In this document: positions 49,393 to 64,000 of the stretch, piece by piece
Position numbering within the stretch: the first letter of the stretch is position 1
How the letters are laid out: every line of letters starts with the position of its first letter
Source: Antedon mediterranea
Taxonomy: Eukaryota > Animalia > Echinodermata
Direction of reading: 5' to 3'
Assembly: GCF_964355755.1 (NCBI RefSeq)
Contig: NC_092673.1
Location: forward strand, 34,593,648 to 34,657,647
DNA length: 64,000 nt
Notes under the pieces: model-generated
Told to the model about the DNA's origin: nothing
What the model saw: the letters and a program-made list of their open reading frames with translations, nothing else
Databases searched by the model: none
Translations under genes and position numbers: made by a program

Positions 49393-50021
49393 TATTGCTG
49401 CTGTTGAGTACTCGAACTAAAAACAATGCTGTTCTACGCAACAAACTTAACCCCCCTGAGTGTACCCAAATTATTTACCTTGAATTTACCTTGAATGATG
49501 CAGTTCATGACTTTTTAAACAAAGAAATATTATGCATGATAATGCTCTTATTAATGTTACCATGTAATGTAAAGCATTACATTTCAAATAAAACAGGCTG
49601 TTTAATAATAAATGTATTATTCATACCTACTGCCTGTAATGACAGTAAATACAATAGCTGTAATGTCAGACGTGTTCTTGTGGCGGACCACACACATTTT
49701 TTAAAGATATTCTCTCTTTTTATATTACCAATCTAAAATAATTCTTTTAATTATTCGTTATTTTATAGGCCTATATATTACTATCATATGTAACAAAATT
49801 ACAATTATTGTTTTTTAAAATCGTACTAAGTACTATACTACTGTATGTGGCTTTTTTAAAAGTTAACAAATCATATATACGTAAAAGTCCAGCCGTCGAA
49901 ATATTGTTACCAATTATACAGTACTCGACGATTGTACAAAGGAGACTACAAGAAAATAAGGTGTGGAAAGTTCGAAAGATAGTAATTTTTTCGTGCACAA
50001 TATTCCGTTAAAATCGACGGG
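49393..50021. promoter_or_regulatory. Probable bidirectional promoter region SUFU/ACTR1A
   Basis: Only 629 bp separate the two divergent start codons; inference from geometry. Confidence 0.65.
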
Positions 50022-57353
<7,332 letters not shown>

Positions 57354-60300
57354 TCAAATTGATTGTACATTATGTGTGTATGTGTTGCAATTCTTAGCAT
57401 ACAAAGTGCTCAAAAACATGTGTTTTAAACAACATAGTTTCTTTTCATTATCAGAATATGAATCTGGCCGTTTAATTCATGTGTATGATTGTATTCTGTA
57501 TTCCTCTAAGGTTTGCCAAACTCTAGGTCAAATCATGGGGAGTCTCTACGGTCCAATAGACAGTAAAATTATAGTACAGTCTGTCTTTATATATCAACCA
57601 CCTCGATTATAAAATAACATTGTTTCTTCTCTTTATCAGAAAATGTAAAATCCATTAAAGATGATTTTTTAAGTTGGCAAAAAACCATATTTAATAATTC
57701 TATACAAGAGAACAATAGAGTTTATTTGGTCTAAGTCTGATACGATAAACAATCTGCCTGCCTGGTAGTGGTTGTTGTAACAATTCAAATTTAACAATCT
57801 TGTATCCCATTGGGCAAGTAGAATGAAGGAACTACTGTATATGCATTCAAGGAAAAAAAAAACTTTATATATAAATTTTCTTTTAAATCTAGTACAGTAA
57901 CAAAATAGATAAACAAAACCAGTTGTGTTTAAAATATAACTATGAAAATTACCTTTATAAAATAGAATTATGCAGTTTAGAAATATTTTCTGTTCTTGTT
58001 CTAATGGTAAAATTAAATTAACCTCCTTTATTATAAATCATCATGATTAATGTGCCAGGTATTATGATGCTGGCAGATTGTTATAATTATTTTAAATCAT
58101 TCTCTTTGTGTTCATATCCATTATTTTGATAACGGTCTGTGTTTCATTTTAAATTACATATATTTATTGTTTTGATTTCCTTTAATTAATGTTTTTAGAG
58201 GGTAATTAGATTTTATGATCTTTTAATTTATGCACGCATTATTATCCAAAAGATATAAATAAAACATATAAACCAACATTTTCATATAATGAAGACCAAA
58301 TTTGAATTATCATCTATGTATCTTAAAATAATGTATATTATTAGCCATGATAATAAACATAATTTTGTGCTTAAAATGTAATAAAAAATCTAATATTTAC
58401 TTAATGATCAATATATAAATTAAATACAAACACAGCTTTATTTATTTGGTTAAGGTAGTTTGTTTTACAACCCCTGCCACTATTTGAATTAATATCTAAA
58501 GCGTATCACCGGCAGCTGAATATGCCGTGAAGCATTACAAATATTATAAAAGTTCAATTTAGGACTAAGCTCTGTGCTCAAATTATGGTAGTAATTTTAC
58601 ATCATCGTGTCCATATATGGGCATTTTGTTTGTTAATGTAAACAGAGCTTTATGCCTTAAACCTTCGCCAAGGAAGTGTCTCGCGTTAATATTTCTATAA
58701 AATAAATGAAGAATTTTAATTGTAAATTGTAATGTCTAAAAAAATACAATAAACTATCACTCTGTGATAGTTGATTCTTTAAAATATGTAGTTAAATATT
58801 ATTGAAATATTAAATCAGAAAACATGCTTTCTACATTTATAACCAGTAAATCTGTGTAAATGTATTATCAATCCATAGATTTATCAAAGACGCATACCGT
58901 ATGTTCCCAAAACTGGTTACTTTATTTGTTAACATACATGCCGACTTTGGAATAAGAAAAGATGGTAGGGACATGAACTTAGAGAATTGTTTCACCAAAA
59001 CGTTTATGTTTCTGGAGATGGTTTACATCTATTATAAACTATATGTATTTACAGTACTGTATTGTTCTTTAATTTAGAATGAAATTGTTGCAACAAATAC
59101 AATACAGTTTCCACATAAAAACAAATTAGTATAGCAAGTTAATTAAAAGGTAACCTATCAGCACAATTGAATTGGCAAGGTTGACTGGTATGTTTATTAT
59201 GTTGTGTAGAGACTAGCAACTCTCTGTAGATGCTGTTTAATATTAGTATCCACCGGCAACTTAAATTCTGAAATTGACCGGTATATTTGTTTTGTGTTTT
59301 TATTTAAGTCACTATCTATCTGAGTGAACAGTTGGTTGTACTTTATTCATTATGTGCTTTTAATGATATATTGTTTAAACTCTGTGCACAATTAAAGAAT
59401 GTATATAAATACAGTATTCTGTGTTAATGTTGTTTCCTTAAAACACTGTACAGGCCAATTTACACAGACGAGCGGAAACAGTAAGCGCAAAACCACTGCT
59501 GTTTGTCCTACGAACTATAGAATGTGTATATCCTGAGAAATTTTCCATTTAGTGGTCAAGAAATAAACATAGCTTCTATTTAACCATTTGCAGTTACCGC
59601 TCTTTGGAGTAAAATTGACCTTGCAGTGGATGAATCAATGCTTGCAGGGTCGCTCCCAGGCCCCATGAATAATAATATACATTTTGAAATACAGTACAAA
59701 AGCTGGAACATTGGGTTAGTTCAGTGAATAGCTGCATGGTTCAGCACATTCAATTTATTTTTTAGGTTCTGCGTAGTCTGCCTTCCATTTCAAAATCCTG
59801 GATACACCACTGCATATAATAGGTAAACAATAATATCTAAACAACCACTTTTAAGAATAGATCACTAAACAATAATACCCAAATAACCAATTTTAGGAAT
59901 AGAAAGAATTTAATTTCAAAACATGAAAAGCAGAAATAAATAATAGAGTATCATTATTTTCTCATTGATGCAGTACTGAAAAAGCATCACGAAACTGTAC
60001 TTTATAACTTAAATTAACAAATTCATTTGATACAAATTATATAAACATCCAGGTATTTCATAACTTAAATAACAAATTTAAAAAACCAATCAAATTTACC
60101 TAAACCAACATATTATATTTCCAATTATATTGGATATTCAAAATAATATATATTCTTAAGTTCATAACACAGTAGGTAAAATTTATATGGCCCAATCACG
60201 TCATGACAGACGATAACCTTAGGCCCAAAATATTATTTAACTAAGCTAAGTACTTCTCTGCTACGTATGAGTTCTGTTGGGTTCATTTATTTGTTAAAAT

Positions 60301-61524
60301 TAGTTTTTTGCGCTATAGTGAATTAATATGGGTGTGTTACATTTTAGGAGGCTCAGCGTTTTCTGTAAAAAGATAGGACAAAGTTTCAACATCTATTATG
60401 AAATACTTTACTATAATAATATAATAAACACAATCAGTTTTTTGCTAGGATGTACCATTTACAATAATTTAAACAGCTCCTATTGTCATTTGTTATTAAT
60501 TGTTGTAAGTGCAGGTATCATTACTGTATTTAACTAACATTCTGTGGGACTAAATCAATACATAAAATGTATATCAATAATTTACCTTTTATTGGTGCAT
60601 ATAATAGTAACCAGTATTAATTATTTTAATGTTTCTTGTTCGGCTAAATTCAACTACATAGCTTGGCAGTGTGTTTCAAGGCTTTTGATATTTTTATTAT
60701 TTTATACATTTATAATTTTTGAAATATGGCAATATCACAGCTTTAAAAACAGGCTTTTTATAAATACTGTAAAAGAAACACCAAATTTAAATAAAGTGAC
60801 ATTTCAGTTCAAATTTGAATTTATCTATTTATTTATTTATTTATCTCACATGATAAACTTTCAATTTCAGTTTTTGATTAACCTAAAATGGTTTTTGGAA
60901 AGAAGATTCAATTATTAGATTAGAGGTTTACATAATACAGTACTTGTACTTACTGTACATTTAGATGCCAAATCAATCAAAAACATCTCTACAGTTCTCG
61001 ACATAGTCTTTTAAAATGTACAACTAAACCTCCTTTAAATTAATAACATTTTGACATGTTCCTTGGATCTATATACAAATAAATATGTGACCTGATGAAT
61101 TTTAGTTAATAAAAAAAAAAGAAAATTTAAAGTTACAGCTATATACAAACAAATGAGAGTATAGTATTGTTGTCACATTAGTGATATACGGACAATAGTG
61201 ATATTATACGGTTATTATTGGAGTTAAAAGTTGTGATCTATTTTAAATATTAATGGCCTGGTTGTCAGCTGCTTTTTATATTAAATTCCCAAAATAGCCT
61301 GTTAAAATATCAGTTTTTTTTATATAGTTTCACACAATTTAGTGAGATTTTTCTTGTTGCAACATCTTTGATTTTGGTTAAGTTACAGTAGTTACAGTTT
61401 TAAATGTTCAAGTCCAAATATGATTTTCATGTTGAGTATAAATTTATAAAGGAATTTTTTCTGATTCTGAAAATTAACTGAAACAGACTGAAAAATTGGG
61501 AAGAATATTAAGTAAAAAACATCT

Positions 61525-64000
61525 TTAATATCGCTCTGCCATCATTAGGACAACTAAGGAAGTCCAGCCGGTAAAGGGATGAGTTCCTTGACCTTTACCA
61601 TTGACATCACTATAGTGTTCCCAAACATATCCAGACAGATCATACTGCTTCAGGATGTTAGTGATCAAGTTCTTTCGAAGTTCCTGGTATAGCTGCCATG
61701 CTGTGTCACTGTGTGGACCATCAATGTTACTGTAGTGATTGAGGGCACGAACTGCTAGAAAGTTCATATTGATCCATATTGTTCCTCGCCAATACGGTGG
61801 ATCATGCTCTGTATTGTACTTCATGTACATTGGATCAGATTTTGAAAGAGATCTCAGTCCATATTTTGTCCAAAGAAGATTAGGGTCTTTGAGATCTTTT
61901 AAGACATTTCCTAACTTATCAGAGTTTGGTTCAAGTACTTGTAGCAAGAAAGGGAATAAGCTAACATAACCAAAAGAATCTACAAACGTTTCCTTTGGTG
62001 GTGATCCTTTTAACTTTCGAACCATTGGCATTTTTGGAGGAGGAGGGATTCTTTTACCAGGTTGAGGCTTGGGTGGAGGAGGTGGCTGTAGTCTTTGAAG
62101 AAATACTGTTTTGCTATGGTTTCCAAAATCACTGTAAATCATTTTAGAAGGTGACCAATGAAGTTTATCTAATAGAGCATTATCTGTCAACAAGTTATGA
62201 GTAGCTTTATAAACTTCAGTAGGTTCATCAACTTGTTTTGCTAAATCTGCCATTATGCCAGATGCTAAAGCCATCCAGCATCGCAAGTCAATATGTCTTT
62301 CACTATCAGATGGGTGAGATGCCCGTGGAAAATCATCAAGGCCGGATGTCAATGTTTTTGGATTTAATTCTCTGTCTGTTTTAGAATCTCTACCTCTCCA
62401 GCGATATGAGGATGGAACAGGCCCAGACTGAGTCGTGTTGTACCAATTGTACCATACTTTGAGACGAGGAAATATTCTTGAAATAAACTGTTTACTGGTT
62501 TCAGCTTTAGAGTCAATAGTTCTCAGGATTGATTGAATCGAAAGAAACAACGTTGGAGGATTTGCATTCTCATTATTTTGCACTACAAATTCATCTGGTA
62601 CTCTACTTCTCGCTTCCTGACCTAAAATCTGTTCCCGCGGAATCCATCCTTCAATATTCATCAGGTCAAGCCAGTGACCAATAATGTCCATACTGATATC
62701 TGGATTCCACTGACTGATTAATAGATTATGGAATCCTTCATCCCAAAGAAATCCTCTAGGAAAGAAAGAACGAGATGGCACTGCAGTGTATAGAGCACTT
62801 TCCCAGTAATCTACAGGCTTGTTGGTGTACTTTGATTTTACAATTGAGCTTCCGTAAAAGTATCCTATCCCTCCAATCAAATTGCTAAGGATAGCTTTAG
62901 CAATTTTAATCTGTTTTGCACTATATCCCTTTTTAACGAGTCCAAACTTTTGCTCAAAATCACCATCAAACTTAGTCTTATATTTTGCTAGTTCTTGGTT
63001 TAAGACTAATCCAGAAAGATGGTTAGGCCTCTGAGCAAAACTACCAGACTCAAAAACAACTTCCACTTCAAATGGTAAAGTGAGAGTTACTTGATGAACC
63101 ATAAAATTTGGTTCAATATCTGTTATCTGATTGATTTTAAGTATATCACCAACAAGTCCGACAATTTTTTTCCCGCCTTTAAATGGGTAGGACCGAAGAC
63201 CAGTCTTCATGACCACGTCTTTCAGCACATGTATGCTTGGAGAGTAGGTGCTTAAATAATGCGTTTTTATAGTATTTTTCGACTGTAGAAACTTCATAGT
63301 GAATTGTCCAAGTTCATTGGTAACACCTTGGATCTCTTGCAGATATGTGCCATCGGCTGATGTCTTGTACTGCATTTTGCCATTTCCGTCTAATGCGGCA
63401 TAGAAGAGAATTGATACAACTGACGTACTATTCTGTTTGGTCTGAAATTAAGAATACAATATTTGCAAATAAAAAGTTTATCGTACAGGCCTATCACATT
63501 GGGATGAAATTCAAAATTTATCTACTGTATTGTATTAATCAAAATTGTAAAATAAAATTTATCATTTAAAAAAGGGAAATGAAAATATGAATTTACAATG
63601 AACAGTAAGAAATATAAAGTGCAATACAGTTTAATAAAGTAATTAATAGTTCAGATCATTCAATAATTGTTGTAGGACAAAGGAAAATGTAGCAGTATAT
63701 TGTCAAGGAACTTACAGTATTTTTTCCAGATATTCTGACTGACCAATCTCCTCCGTGATCACCACCAGGACGTTTTACAAATTCTGTCATCAAGGTAAAA
63801 CCTTTTTCCACAATTTCTTGCACACCAAAGTTAACCCCATCATGCATCAACCATCCAAACTTTGGCAAAGCATCCGAATGTTCACAATTGTGCCGAACAG
63901 AAAACTTTTTTGCAGGTAAAAACTGAGTAAACCACATTAAACCAGTAACTAAAGAGTTAGAACTTCTTGTACGCATGCCAAAATATGATCCCGGACGATA
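61525..64000 (-). CDS. MOGS: Mannosyl-oligosaccharide glucosidase (glucosidase I, GH63), 3' part; start lies beyond the window
   Basis: Exons >64000-63716 (YRPGSYFGMRTRS...HDGVNFGVQEI...KRPGGDHGGDW) and 63441-61525, in phase; motifs VPSRSFFPRGFLWDEGFH, GWIPREQILG, TLTSGLDDFPR, PYWRGTIWINMNFL, HPFTGWTSLV. Confidence 0.96.

Noticed and set aside
57354-61524. Genes or ncRNA between ACTR1A and MOGS
   Set aside because: AT-rich UTR/intergenic DNA with decayed MITE traces (about 58568-58649, 59452-59621); ORFs lack motifs or coherent splice structure.

Overview
AT-rich, intron-containing animal genomic DNA; gene content suggests a marine invertebrate, but the species cannot be fixed from sequence. 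Left half (about 1.1-29.6 kb): a tandem array of roughly 160 minus-strand tRNA-Thr genes and pseudogenes (about 153-bp unit = 73-nt tRNA + about 80-bp spacer). It mixes AGT and TGT anticodons on one tRNA body and has irregular higher-order repeats. The array is bounded or interrupted by (i) an ORF missing from the ORF track (1037 to <1, minus) encoding an RNase H1 N-terminal hybrid-binding-like domain plus coiled coil, probably the 5' end of a retroelement; (ii) a 1.5-kb Helentron/HINE-like composite carrying four tRNA-Val(AAC)-like copies; (iii) one inverted unit; (iv) a 5'-truncated CR1/L2-group LINE with an uninterrupted EN-RT frame. Right half: a Rex1/Babar LINE fragment, a secreted SUEL/rhamnose-binding lectin gene, a BOD1L1-like gene (+), SUFU (-) head-to-head with ACTR1A (+), and the 3' part of MOGS (-), with several MITEs and two 26-bp minisatellites. 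Coordinates, copy counts and family assignments were read by eye; no searches were run.
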